From contig CM119376.1 in assembly GCA_051294905.1 (NCBI GenBank), positions 10,726,001 through 10,790,000 of the forward strand: a stretch of DNA of 64,000 nucleotides, given 5' to 3'. The position numbers were made by a program, and so were the translations under genes. Shown piece after piece: positions 29,801-38,978 of the stretch (position 1 is its first letter; each line of letters begins with the position of its first letter). Origin of the DNA: Botryllus schlosseri. Taxonomy: Eukaryota. The notes below the pieces were generated by a model. The model ran no database searches and had not been told where the DNA came from. It saw nothing but the letters and a program-made list of their open reading frames with translations.

Positions 29801-32800
29801 CTTGCGTCCTAGTTTATTCTACCGCCATAATGACATTTCATCCTGCCTGGGCATGACCTACTATCTTTCATATAGTCGGCAGGTGCGGAAATGTAATATA
29901 ATTATGGTGGAGCGTGGATTTTTTCCATTTTTGATGACATATGCATCCGAAAAGTAGGTTAAAAATAGTGACCACCTCTAGTGTACCGTATAGATTTTGC
30001 TTGTACTCAGTATAACGATCAAAACCTGTTAAAGCCGTCAACTACCACAAGAATTTGTTTCATATTTTCATATCGCCATGACGCCATCATATAATAAACA
30101 CGATGTTACATGCGCATATCAATCGTGAAATGCATTGATGCGTAATACATTATCTTAATCAACGCTTTTCTGTTGCAGCGGCGAATTCTGTGAGTTCACC
30201 ACCGGGAACTCTGCCGTGATTCTGCAAGATGACCCGTGCATCAACAACGATTGTCAGAACGACGCGCAATGCATCGTGCAACCCCGAGGGTCGTCGGATT
30301 TCGTTTGCAAGTGCTTGTCGGGATTCACTGGTGACAAGTGCCAGTCGGTAAGCCTTCCCACCGCGGTCTTCCTATCAAACGGATGATTATCACGCAACTT
30401 CGCGGTATTATTACAGATCGCAGGGATTACGATCTCGCACAACGGCAGCTACGCGGAACTTGATGAAGATCTGACAGGAATGGAAGAGCTGAGGATTAGC
30501 TTGGAGATTTCGACACATCAGGTAATATTTGAGTGAGTAATATTAGAGATAGTCAGCAACAAAGTACATTATCTTTTGCAAAAACTATCAAAATTATATT
30601 GCTTCTTTCATATTTCTTCGAGTGGAATGTACTTTTTTGTATCGTTTGCACGATTTTTCCCGACGAAATTGTCATGGCCACCAGGCAATAACGTTCATGT
30701 AGTGACGATGTCATAATAAAGTTAAGAAATTGAGACAATATATTTATGGCAGTAAGCCGTCTTTTATTGGTCGCTGTCATGCTTCAGCAGATTTCCATTC
30801 ATTGACAGCGAATTCTCAAAGACTGTCCCAGACTACTGTTTTGAGGCCACATAAGGTCTTCATGTGTCCCGATCGCCACTGGACCGAAATATACTGACAA
30901 ATATACCGACTGCAAATTTTGAAAAGCAGTGAATTTCAGGCCTACTGGCATGATAGATTCTTACTTACTTTTCTGTTATCTTTATATTATTCTTTCAACA
31001 GCCAAACGGAGTTATATTTTACGCCGGCGAGCTGGGTGACGATGGTAGCAGGCATGCAGTGATCGAATTATTTTCTGGCCACGTTCGATTCAACTATGAC
31101 GGAATAAGTCGAGCCATTTACTCGGAGGAGATTATAAACGACGAGGAATTCCACACGGTTAGTTGGTAGTGCATTCAATTTCTACAAAGCATTGCATTTG
31201 TAAGCTCAAGGTATGAATGAATGCGATATTGGTACATGAATCCCACCGGTACTGATTCAGTGTGATATTCTACTTTGAAAATTTTAGGTCAGCAGGCGTT
31301 GTATTTGCGACTAGAATATTTACGCGATCTAGACATTTCATCGTCTCAATTCTTGCAGATTCAAATAACAATGGGCATGCACGGCGTCACAATGAGGATC
31401 GACGATTCCCGAGACTATCAAACGGAAAGCACCAAAACGGTCAATATGGTATCGCCGGTATACGTGGGCGGATTACCGAGGGACATGTGGCTTGGCGCGA
31501 GAAAAGCATGGCAGATCAGAAACGCTACTAGCTTTATAGGTGAGTTGCATTGATGAGTTTAAAATTTTGTGTGCTTATGCTGTTATCCAAATGAATGCTC
31601 TTTTTGCTACTGCATAGTGGCGGGTTGCAAATTAGTAACAATATATATATCCCATTCTTTTTGGTCGGCCTCAGTAGAATAATCACATGTGTAGCAGTCC
31701 ACCAAGAAGGCTGTTGTGGAGGGTTGATGGACCGCTGCTGTATGTGATGTCTTTTTTCCTATTTTGAGGAGTATTGACGCCGTTAATGCAAAGATTGTAC
31801 ATGTAGTCGGTAGTGCTATTCTAGTAGAAGTACGAGGTAATGTTGTGAAGTTTTACTCAATTACTAGTGGAAGTTGCAATTTTAGGCAGCGCCGTTATCA
31901 CGGTAACTGAATATATTTTCGAAAATTGCACATATCTGTAGCGTCATTAGTTGTTTAGCGTATGTCGCGAAGATACATCTTGCCATATCTAATGTAGCCT
32001 CTGCCGCTTAACTGTTAAAAGTATGCGACCCGTGACCAAATGTACCTTTTGAAACTGAACACCTGAGTATCTTTCAGACCTAGCCTTTCTACTGCCCACT
32101 TGTAATTGAGCGGCAATTTATGGCATTGCTTCTACTTGAATAGCAATAATGCTAAGTAATCCTTGGTTCAGTACACAACGTATGATCTAATATCGCATTT
32201 CAGGATGCGTGCGTAATGTCCTGTTCAACGAACGGCAAGTCGACTTTTTCACCGCCAGCCAAGGTTCGTATTCGAACCTGTTCGAAGAAGAGACCGGGGT
32301 CAAACCGGGCTGTCAGAGATTATCGGGGCCGTGGGTATGTAACGACGCCACATGCAAATTCGGAAACTGCATCACAAACGGCACTCACGGAACTTACTGC
32401 AAGTGCCACGAAGGATACGACGGTAAGTGTTACATAGTAAGCGTATGCTGCATTTTCAATAGTTCGTAGAACTGGTTTTCCGTTCATCAATTATATCAAT
32501 TGCACAAGTGTACTACCGTTTGCAAATTAGTTCTCCCGTTTTAGTCACGAAGATGCGGTCACTAATTCGCAAATTGTTATGGACTTCTAACATAAACAAA
32601 GCACGCTATTTACCAATGTACTTTTCGGCCTTTCGATTTTCTTCTTCCACTTGAACAAAGTTTAATTTCCTCGGAAAATCACGCCTACTTTTTAAAACTT
32701 CATTCAATTATAATTCTACTCGGTCATTATTATCCATAAATAGACGCCCTGCGCCGTTACCACAGATTTATTTAGTCTTGTCAATATTGTTTCGCTTAGG

Positions 32801-33944
32801 CCGAGGCTGCGATATTGAAGACTCGCAACCTACCGCTTGCTCCGGTCATCTCTGCGAACATGGAATGTGCGTTGTCACGGGAGACGACGCTAGCACATAC
32901 GTCTGCGAATGTGATGCAGGTATAACATGTAATTTAACGTAATCGATATACTTTGAAGAATCTGTTGAGAATGTGTAATATGCGAGATTGTTAAAATCGC
33001 ATTTTATATTTCATTTCTTTTCTAGGATACGGCGGGCAGTATTGTGACATTCGTGATTATTGCTCGGGAGTCAGTTGCGGACAGCATGGGGAATGTGCGA
33101 TCACGTCGACCGGTTACACGTGTAATTGTAAGCTCGGCTACCAAGGAAGACATTGTGAAAAACGTGAGTGATGGTATATCCGGTACTTTGAGCTGCTAAC
33201 TAGCTTCGCAAATAGGTTTTGATCAGTGGCAAATGTCCGCATCACGGGTAGGAAATTTAGGCAGCGATGTTGAAGCCCATGCTTAGTGATATTATCCACA
33301 ACTGCAACACCAATAGGTTGCGGGTTCGAGTCCGACCGAGGTCGACTCCAGAATTCTGCCGAAATATTGGAGGTTTATCTAGGCTCCTCCTCGATATCTG
33401 ATCCGCGTAAGCGGTGTCTTATAAAAGCCTAGAAGTCGACCGTGCTATACAAGTCGGCAGATACAGAATCAAAATATAGAATATATACATAGGCCTGGTG
33501 TAAAAGACCATAGTCGTCGAAAAACACCATGAACACAACAAAAACAAGTTCACATAATTCCTTTTAAACCTTGTCACAGGTGTGAGAAGATGCAGCGGCA
33601 CAAGAGTCCGTCAATACGTACAGATCACCGTCCCAAGGCCCACGCCGGCCGTGCCGGGCTCCGCCGAAACGATGGTGTGCAAGAGCAGCAAGAAAATCAC
33701 CAACGTCGTATGCGACGGTTCGTCCTGTCTGTCCAGAAGAAGCGGACGCTCCAGTCAGCGCCGGCGCAGAACGCGCGATCCGGGAAGGACGGCTCTAATT
33801 CACTCTCTCACCCAACCGTCTTCGAGGGAGTGCTGTGCCCCCTTGCGTCAGAGAAAGAAGAGCGTGGCTCTGCAATGCGAGGACGGGTCGGTCATCAAGC
33901 AGCAAGTCACCAAGGTTAAGAACTGCGGTTGCCAAACGTGCTGA
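8744..33944 (+). CDS. slit: Slit homolog (4 LRR domains, 6 EGF, laminin-G, 3 EGF, C-terminal cystine knot); 5'-partial, 32 coding exons in window
   Basis: join(8744-8815,13007-13150,13211-13374,14800-14935,14996-15067,16934-17005,17588-17659,17731-17802,17863-17934,18026-18189,18621-18771,19662-19808,21515-21586,21653-21796,22903-23141,23615-23759,23817-23960,24026-24097,24518-24681,27500-27616,27790-27889,27953-28090,28791-28901,29548-29694,30179-30347,30417-30521,31002-31157,31359-31539,32204-32422,32800-32919,33026-33163,33580-33944). All introns are GT-AG and all phases are compatible. Peptides resemble SLIT2 as recalled ([41 protein letters not shown]). Confidence 0.97.
9881..10110 (+). 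mobile_element. tRNA-derived SINE, degenerate copy
   Basis: Shares GGAGAGATAGCG head, GGCCGTGC, ATATCGGCCT and CACCAT blocks with 10242-10518. Confidence 0.7.
10242..10518 (+). mobile_element. tRNA-derived SINE, full-length copy
   Basis: Head with Pol III A box (TAGCGCAGTTG) and B box (GGTTCGAGTCC), Cys-like CTGCAA anticodon loop, family-specific body, (AAAC)n tail; 5 other copies in the window. Confidence 0.85.
11738..12968. mobile_element. Non-autonomous hAT (Charlie-type) DNA transposon
   Basis: TIRs CAGTGGTTCTCAACC / GGTTGAGAACCGCTG; perfect 8-bp TSD CTCTAGAA (11730-11737, 12969-12976). Contains a second hAT end near 12203 and a possible decayed dimerization-domain relic (- strand). Confidence 0.9.
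13007..13150 (+). CDS. slit: Slit exon, LRR domain 1 (2 LRRs)
   Basis: [48 protein letters not shown]; 144 bp. Confidence 0.95.
13211..13374 (+). CDS. slit: Slit exon, LRRCT of domain 1
   Basis: [40 protein letters not shown]...EFVCEG. Confidence 0.95.
14800..14935 (+). CDS. slit: Slit exon, LRRNT of domain 2
   Basis: [45 protein letters not shown]. Confidence 0.95.
14996..15067 (+). CDS. slit: Slit exon, LRR domain 2
   Basis: [24 protein letters not shown]; 72 bp. Confidence 0.95.
16190..16620. repeat. Degenerate (AATTAGA/TTAGAA)n-rich repeat element
   Basis: Numerous AATTAGATT/AATTAGAATT motifs; related to 19255-19494. Confidence 0.6.
16934..17005 (+). CDS. slit: Slit exon, LRR domain 2
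   Basis: [24 protein letters not shown]; 72 bp. Confidence 0.95.
17588..17659 (+). CDS. slit: Slit exon, LRR domain 2
   Basis: [24 protein letters not shown]; 72 bp. Confidence 0.95.
17731..17802 (+). CDS. slit: Slit exon, LRR domain 2
   Basis: [24 protein letters not shown]; 72 bp. Confidence 0.95.
17863..17934 (+). CDS. slit: Slit exon, LRR domain 2
   Basis: [24 protein letters not shown]; 72 bp. Confidence 0.95.
18026..18189 (+). CDS. slit: Slit exon, LRRCT of domain 2
   Basis: [54 protein letters not shown]. Confidence 0.96.
18447..18531 (+). ncRNA. mir-218: miR-218 family pre-miRNA hairpin, intronic in Slit; predicted 5p 18454-18475, 3p 18506-18526
   Basis: 5p AUGUGCUUCGGUAUAACCAUGU vs vertebrate miR-218 UUGUGCUUGAUCUAACCAUGU: identical seed UGUGCUU and identical 3' 9 nt. 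It pairs with 18503-18531 (about 25 pairs including G-U). It lies in the intron after the LRRCT2 exon. Confidence 0.88.
18621..18771 (+). CDS. slit: Slit exon, LRRNT of domain 3
   Basis: [50 protein letters not shown]. Confidence 0.95.
18809..18991. mobile_element. Foldback element made of two inverted ~70-bp Penelope pseudo-LTR-like arms
   Basis: Arms near 18809-18880 and 18920-18991 are near-perfect reverse complements; each carries a hammerhead-like core. Confidence 0.6.
18932..18965 (+). ncRNA. Minimal type I hammerhead ribozyme motif (Penelope-type)
   Basis: acct-CUGACGA-g(ugucagc)c-GAAA-auau-UC-gggu: full catalytic core, 4-bp helix I, 1-bp helix II, palindromic helix III (AAUAUU). Confidence 0.6.
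19255..19494. mobile_element. Small MITE with an internal 117-bp tandem duplication
   Basis: Two 111-bp copies (19261-19371, 19378-19488), each bounded by (C)TTGGA(C/T)AACTAG...CTAGTTGTCC; AATTAGA motifs are shared with 16190-16620. Confidence 0.7.
19662..19808 (+). CDS. slit: Slit exon, LRR domain 3
   Basis: [49 protein letters not shown]. Confidence 0.95.
21515..21586 (+). CDS. slit: Slit exon, LRR domain 3
   Basis: [24 protein letters not shown]; 72 bp. Confidence 0.94.
21653..21796 (+). CDS. slit: Slit exon, LRR domain 3
   Basis: [48 protein letters not shown]. Confidence 0.95.
22903..23141 (+). CDS. slit: Slit exon, LRRCT3 and start of LRRNT4
   Basis: [32 protein letters not shown]...[10 protein letters not shown]. 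Confidence 0.95.
23615..23759 (+). CDS. slit: Slit exon, LRR domain 4
   Basis: [48 protein letters not shown]. Confidence 0.94.
23817..23960 (+). CDS. slit: Slit exon, LRR domain 4
   Basis: [48 protein letters not shown]. Confidence 0.95.
24026..24097 (+). CDS. slit: Slit exon, LRR domain 4
   Basis: [24 protein letters not shown]; 72 bp. Confidence 0.95.
24518..24681 (+). CDS. slit: Slit exon, LRRCT of domain 4
   Basis: [54 protein letters not shown]. Confidence 0.95.
26450..27000 (-). pseudogene. Possible decayed non-LTR retrotransposon (CR1/L2-like) AP-endonuclease relic
   Basis: Scattered motifs in the expected order across frames (RG..., ESIWIKL, GNF, PTR, LD.I); many stops; boundaries approximate. 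Confidence 0.35.
27500..27616 (+). CDS. slit: Slit exon, EGF1
   Basis: [38 protein letters not shown]. Confidence 0.95.
27790..27889 (+). CDS. slit: Slit exon, EGF1/2
   Basis: [32 protein letters not shown]. Confidence 0.94.
27953..28090 (+). CDS. slit: Slit exon, EGF2/3
   Basis: [45 protein letters not shown]. Confidence 0.95.
28791..28901 (+). CDS. slit: Slit exon, EGF3/4
   Basis: [36 protein letters not shown]. Confidence 0.93.
29548..29694 (+). CDS. slit: Slit exon, EGF4/5
   Basis: [48 protein letters not shown]. Confidence 0.94.
30179..30347 (+). CDS. slit: Slit exon, EGF5-6 linker and EGF6
   Basis: [56 protein letters not shown]. Confidence 0.95.
30417..30521 (+). CDS. slit: Slit exon, laminin-G
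   Basis: [35 protein letters not shown]; phase 0/0. Confidence 0.9.
31002..31157 (+). CDS. slit: Slit exon, laminin-G
   Basis: [34 protein letters not shown]...INDEEFHT. Confidence 0.93.
31359..31539 (+). CDS. slit: Slit exon, laminin-G
   Basis: IQITMG...[29 protein letters not shown]. Confidence 0.93.
32204..32422 (+). CDS. slit: Slit exon, laminin-G end and EGF7
   Basis: [14 protein letters not shown]...GVKPGC...[12 protein letters not shown]...CKCHEGYD. Confidence 0.94.
32800..32919 (+). CDS. slit: Slit exon, EGF8
   Basis: [39 protein letters not shown]. Confidence 0.92.
33026..33163 (+). CDS. slit: Slit exon, EGF9
   Basis: [45 protein letters not shown]. Confidence 0.93.
33270..33547 (+). 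mobile_element. tRNA-derived SINE in the last Slit intron
   Basis: CTGCAACACCAAT...GGGTTCGAGTCCGACCGAGG...GCGGTGTCTT...CACCATGAACACAACAAAAC. Confidence 0.85.
33580..33944 (+). CDS. slit: Slit terminal exon, cystine-knot (CT) domain
   Basis: [12 protein letters not shown]...[12 protein letters not shown]...[37 protein letters not shown]. Confidence 0.95.
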
Positions 33945-34977
33945 TACGTGGCGAAGCAGTCGCACCTCGATAGGTGACGAATCGAACGAACTGTTCGTGG
34001 CCGTGGAAAGCCGCGAAGGACTCGCAGCATCGCCATGACGTGTGTACTATGTGCATAAATGCAGTTGTCACGACGGAATCCAACGCCTTGTTGTCAGACT
34101 GAACGCGTGTATATGCAGAGTCGGTCGATAACGAAGTACTTCTACTCTTTGGAGTACTGTTTCTGGTTCGTTTTATTTGGAATACTGAGTACCAAGGAGT
34201 TATTGCTTGCTTCTTGATCGCAAACTGATCAATCAAAACTCAGTTGAGCCTCATCGACATTAGATGACGACGTTGTACTCTGTATACGATTTCTCCTTCA
34301 AATATCATACCATAGTGTGTACGAGACGGCACGGAATGACACTTGCTGAATCTTATATTTAAAAAGTTCATGCAGGTCGATATATGAGTGTGGTCGCGAT
34401 TTTTTATCAGAATGTCTGTTATAGCGTGTCCGTATGCGTTGTCCGTAATCAAGTGCCATTTTACTAGATTTGCATCAGCGCAATGTAGATCATCAACGTG
34501 GAGTTGTTGTGTATCACAGCAAACAATAGTGTGTCTGTTACGTAGTGGCTTCAGCGGGAATTTCTTTTTCTCTCACCAGCGACAGTTTGAATTGAAACTA
34601 ATACATTCAACGTATTAGTTTGAACGGATTGATCGCAGAGTTAGTCTGTGAGTCTTCCCTCGCCTCATTCTACGATGCAAAGTAGGCCATTTATTACGAA
34701 GCGTTTCCGCTTATTTCTCCATCTTCTTTCAATTTTCACTCGTATAATTTAGGCCTAACGAAGTATCACTTGTATTATTTATATTTGGATCTTTTAATGT
34801 CAACAATATTGTATTGTATTTTTGTTGTCCGTAACCCTCTTGACACTTGTCATAGTGTTTATTTTCGTTCTTATTTTTTTAGTACTTCATTGAATTCAGC
34901 AAATTTTTATAAGCATTATTCATTTCTGAAGTATTTCTCGGTGACTTTGTATATTTTTATCATAAAAGTTACGTGAT

Positions 34978-34983
34978 AATAAA
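34978..34983 (+). terminator. Probable Slit polyadenylation signal (AATAAA), implying a 3' UTR of about 1 kb
   Basis: AATAAA at the end of an AU/U-rich stretch downstream of the stop codon. Confidence 0.5.
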
Positions 34984-36119
34984 TGACACATTGTCGAAAG
35001 AATTTACCTGTTAAATTCAGGCAGTATGGTGGATACGGGTATATCAGTTGATCTTAACCCCTCCGGGTTGCGAGCGAAATGTGGGTCGCGCAGCCTTCGA
35101 AAATGGGTAACGGCGAAGTTCTCGTTGTTTTGTAATTTTATTATATTTACAACAATTGATACGGAATGAACCTCCAAAGCGTGTAGTACACTATATCCCG
35201 AATGAATGTGGCGTGTGCAGTGAAGGAGGGATACGAATCCATTCATTTGAAATCTCAAAATCAAAACTTTTACATATCTTGTGAAGCGAAGTTCGAGATT
35301 AGCATGTGAACCAACCAAAACCTATTTGCAGCATCGTAACATGTGAAAGCTTTACAACCTTTTTGAGCACCATCCACACTTTTTTTTGCAAACAAAATTT
35401 CATCCGCACAAACCTACAGGAAATTCTTACACAGAAAGGAAATGAAGATACGTAACAATATTTTGTTCAGATGTGCGACACGTATGCTACCGGTTTAGGC
35501 CATCAAGTGTCTCATTAACCGTTTGGCGCCGGCGTGGGTATTTTTACCCATTGCCGGTACGAGGGAAGCGTACTGCAATAGAACCGCTATATATCCCGTT
35601 CTGATCGTACTAGGTCGTTGCTGTTTATTTCTGCCGATAGATATTGTTTGTGCAATTGATACCATAATATTTGATATATATTATATCTAAGACATCGAAA
35701 TCGGATACCAAAGACCTTAGATAAATATGTTGCAAAATACACTGTTTCGGCAACGCGCGCGTCATTGACCACTCTCACATAACTTGCTGTATGTTTCGTT
35801 CTGGCCGTCTTAGAGCATAGTTGTTTCTTTCTATGAAAAGCTAGTGTCGATACAAGTCCACACATATCTTCATATCTGATATTAGTTACATATAACGTGT
35901 TCAAAATCTATGTGATAGGCCGCGTGACAAAAATATCCGCCGACCGCATCATTTTGCGCTCACGCGCGTTCCCGATATACCCGTCATGTAAACCGTCGTA
36001 TATTTGGTTTTATTCATCATAGCCTGTTGTAGTTTGTTTCTATGAATAGCGCTTGTCAGCTTCTGTTTTTCTTGCTAAAACAAACATAGTATACTAGTTA
36101 TGTCTGCACCGCTCAAGGT

Positions 36120-36900
36120 TGCATTTGAAAATCGGGAACAAATTCTCGCAGCCTACCGTACCAGCTTCAAGCAGAGGGATGATTACTGGTCACATAAGGG
36201 GATATATATCGAGTTCTAATAGTGATATACCTTCACGTCCTTCATAGATTGTGTCTGTGAATAGTTGTTTCTTATACGTTTCTAAATAATGGCTAATAGT
36301 CAAGTATAATTCGTAATAAATACAATATTACTCAGCGCATAAATCTACGCAAAAGTGTGCATCTGGATATACAAAGAGCTGTCGTATAACGATATATATC
36401 TTACGTTGTAGTAATGATAGGCATTCGCGGATTGTCTCTTTCAATAGAACTAGCCAATATCCACCTTCAAGGCCAAAATAAACAACATCAGTTTGCCTAA
36501 GCCACCCCAAGGTCGCTTCTGAAAATCGCGAAGAGAATTCCTGCAGCCTACCACGGTAGTGTCAAACGCAGGGACGAATATCCGTAACATAAAGTGATAT
36601 GTCCTGAATTCAATTGGTAATAGACATTCTTAGATTGTTTTTGTGAAGAGTACATGCCCATAGGCTTATATCTACATCAGACAACAGTTATTAGTGATGT
36701 ATATATGGTAATAACTGCAATATTACTCGGTGTGCATTACTTGCAAGAGGTGTGTATATATTTGAAGGAAGTGCTACCAAATAACGTCATAAACTTTACG
36801 TTGCAGTAATGATAAGCATTTGCAGTATATCATTGTGGTAAGGACTGTATAATATACGTCTAGGAATACTAAAATTACTGCTTTAGGTTCTACAACAGTT
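36120..36900. repeat. Old diverged tandem duplication, period ~390 bp
   Basis: Collinear shared blocks GCAGCCTACC, TAGATTGT..TGTGAA.AG and TTACGTTG(T/C)AGTAATGATA. Confidence 0.55.
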
Positions 36901-36927
36901 TCAATTATAAGCCTTCGAAGTTACCAT

Positions 36928-37360
36928 TAGGGCTGGGCACAATGATTCGAGTACTCGAATCTGAATCGAGTAATTATTTTAATGATTCGAGTCGAGTAGC
37001 AAAAGACGATTTTTTCGAGTACTGAAATTATACGCTCGTCGCTACTGAAAGTTATTTTATCAGCGAGAATAATGGTTTCGATACTATTTTCCACTGTTGA
37101 AGCCTTGAAACCTTGATTGGCAGTATCGCAGTATACGAAACATATCGTACAAAGTTACGGCAGTACCAAGGTATCCTGAATGTGATGGATAACAGGCATT
37201 ATATTCTTTGTGGTGGCACAAAAGGTACGTATTTGAACTTTGACATATTACATTTTGTTGTGACGTCATAATGAGTGATACTCGAATACTCGACTCGACT
37301 CGAAGCATAATACGTGATTCAGAATCGAATCACTCAGATACTCGATTTTGCCCAGCCCTA
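36928..37360. mobile_element. hAT-type MITE
   Basis: TIR TAGGGCTGGGCA; perfect TSD GTTACCAT; subterminal ACTCGA repeats. Confidence 0.9.
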
Positions 37361-37939
37361 GTTACCATACGCGCACCATGACTCACTCTCTCGGCGGCCT
37401 GCCGCGAGTTGACTAAAACGGTCGGTATTGTTTTGATTAGAAATTATCGCCTGCTAGACGTGGAGGGTCGACTCAGGGCTCTCTAGAACGATAAATACTG
37501 TGTCTATACAATACATAGGACTCTATCGTCATCGGATACCTATACTAAGGTTCATAAGACCCGCAATTTAGCATTTCTGTTTCCAACCAACGTTTTCTCG
37601 GCTTGCTCTCGATATACGTATCCAGACACAGAGCTCGAAATGACTTGAGTGGCGCAATCGGATCCGCGTTGAAGTTCTGATTCGAACGCTACCTTGTTTA
37701 CCGTACTCGAATCCCATTAAGGTACAGTTTTTCGATTTTGAAAATTGAAGTAAAATTTTTCGAAATCTGCAGCCGGTGCCAATCGGTTAAAAAGACAACT
37801 CAAACTTCACGTCTTCATGTGTCCCGACGCAGAAAGGGTTGGCCTCCAAATTAATGTGTCGTCGTCTCATAGGCCCACGTCCACTCGTTGCATATCCCTA
37901 GACCAGAGGTCAGGGACCTTATTTTGGTTCAATATTTTC

Positions 37940-38181
37940 AATTTTTTGTGGTATTCATGGTGTTTGTCGACTATAGGCTACTATGGTCATTTTCTGCCGA
38001 CTTTTAGCACGGCCCACTTCTAGGCTTTTTGTAAGACACCGCTTACGCGGATGAGGTAGCGAGGAGGAGCCTAGATAAACTTCCAACACTTATGTATAGG
38101 AATTCTGAAGTCGGACTCGAACCCGCAACCCATTGGTGTTGTAGCCGCGGATTATACCACTGCGCAGTGCGCTATCTCGCC
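37940..38181 (-). mobile_element. tRNA-derived SINE
   Basis: Reverse-complement match to 10242-10518. Confidence 0.85.
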
Positions 38182-38316
38182 TCAATATTTTCAAGTCTAA
38201 TTCCCGAAGAGCCATATGACGATGCAAACCAACTGCTACGTCACAATTGAATATTTGTGTGACGTCATGTGGGTACAATATCGAAGTTCGTTTATATTTG
38301 TGTTTCAAGTGTCTAT

Positions 38317-38978
38317 TAGGGCTCTTCAAAAATGACTTTTTTTCTCAAATCGTACTGGCTACTTGATAAAATTGTTAGGTTACCTAATTTAAGCATACAC
38401 ACACAATTTGGTTGAATTCCAGCCAGTAACCGCTTTGCTTCAGGAGAAGAAAGTTACTATTTATTATATAAAAATAAATAATAAAAAATTTGAAAATTTT
38501 CTGTTCGCCCCATGAAAGTGTTAGGCTGTCCATAGAAACGATTCTCACCAAATTTGGTTCAATTCCAACCAGTGGAAGCGGAGTTATTGCCGTCGAAAAA
38601 TTTGGATTTGAATAAAATAGTATTTACGGTGACCGATTCTTCGTTTATTTATTATAGTTGTGCTCACCGTAAATACTATTTTATTCAAATCAAAAATTTT
38701 CGGCGGCAATAACTCCGCTACCACTAGTTGGAATTGAACCAAATTTGGCGAGGATCGTTTCTATAGACAGCGTAACACTTTCATGGGGTGAACAGAAAAT
38801 TTGCAAATTTTTTATTATTTATTTTTATATAATAAATAGTAACTTTCTTCTCCTGTAGCAAAGCGGTTACTACTGGAATTCTACCAAATTTTGTGTGTAG
38901 GCTTAAATTAGGTAACTTAACAATTTTATCAAGTAGCCAGTACGATTTGAGAAAAAAAGTCATTTTTGAAGAGCCCTA
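38317..38978. mobile_element. hAT-type foldback MITE (~315-bp inverted arms, ~30-bp spacer)
   Basis: TIR TAGGGCTCTTCAAAAATGAC...; perfect TSD GTGTCTAT (38309-38316, 38979-38986). Confidence 0.92.
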
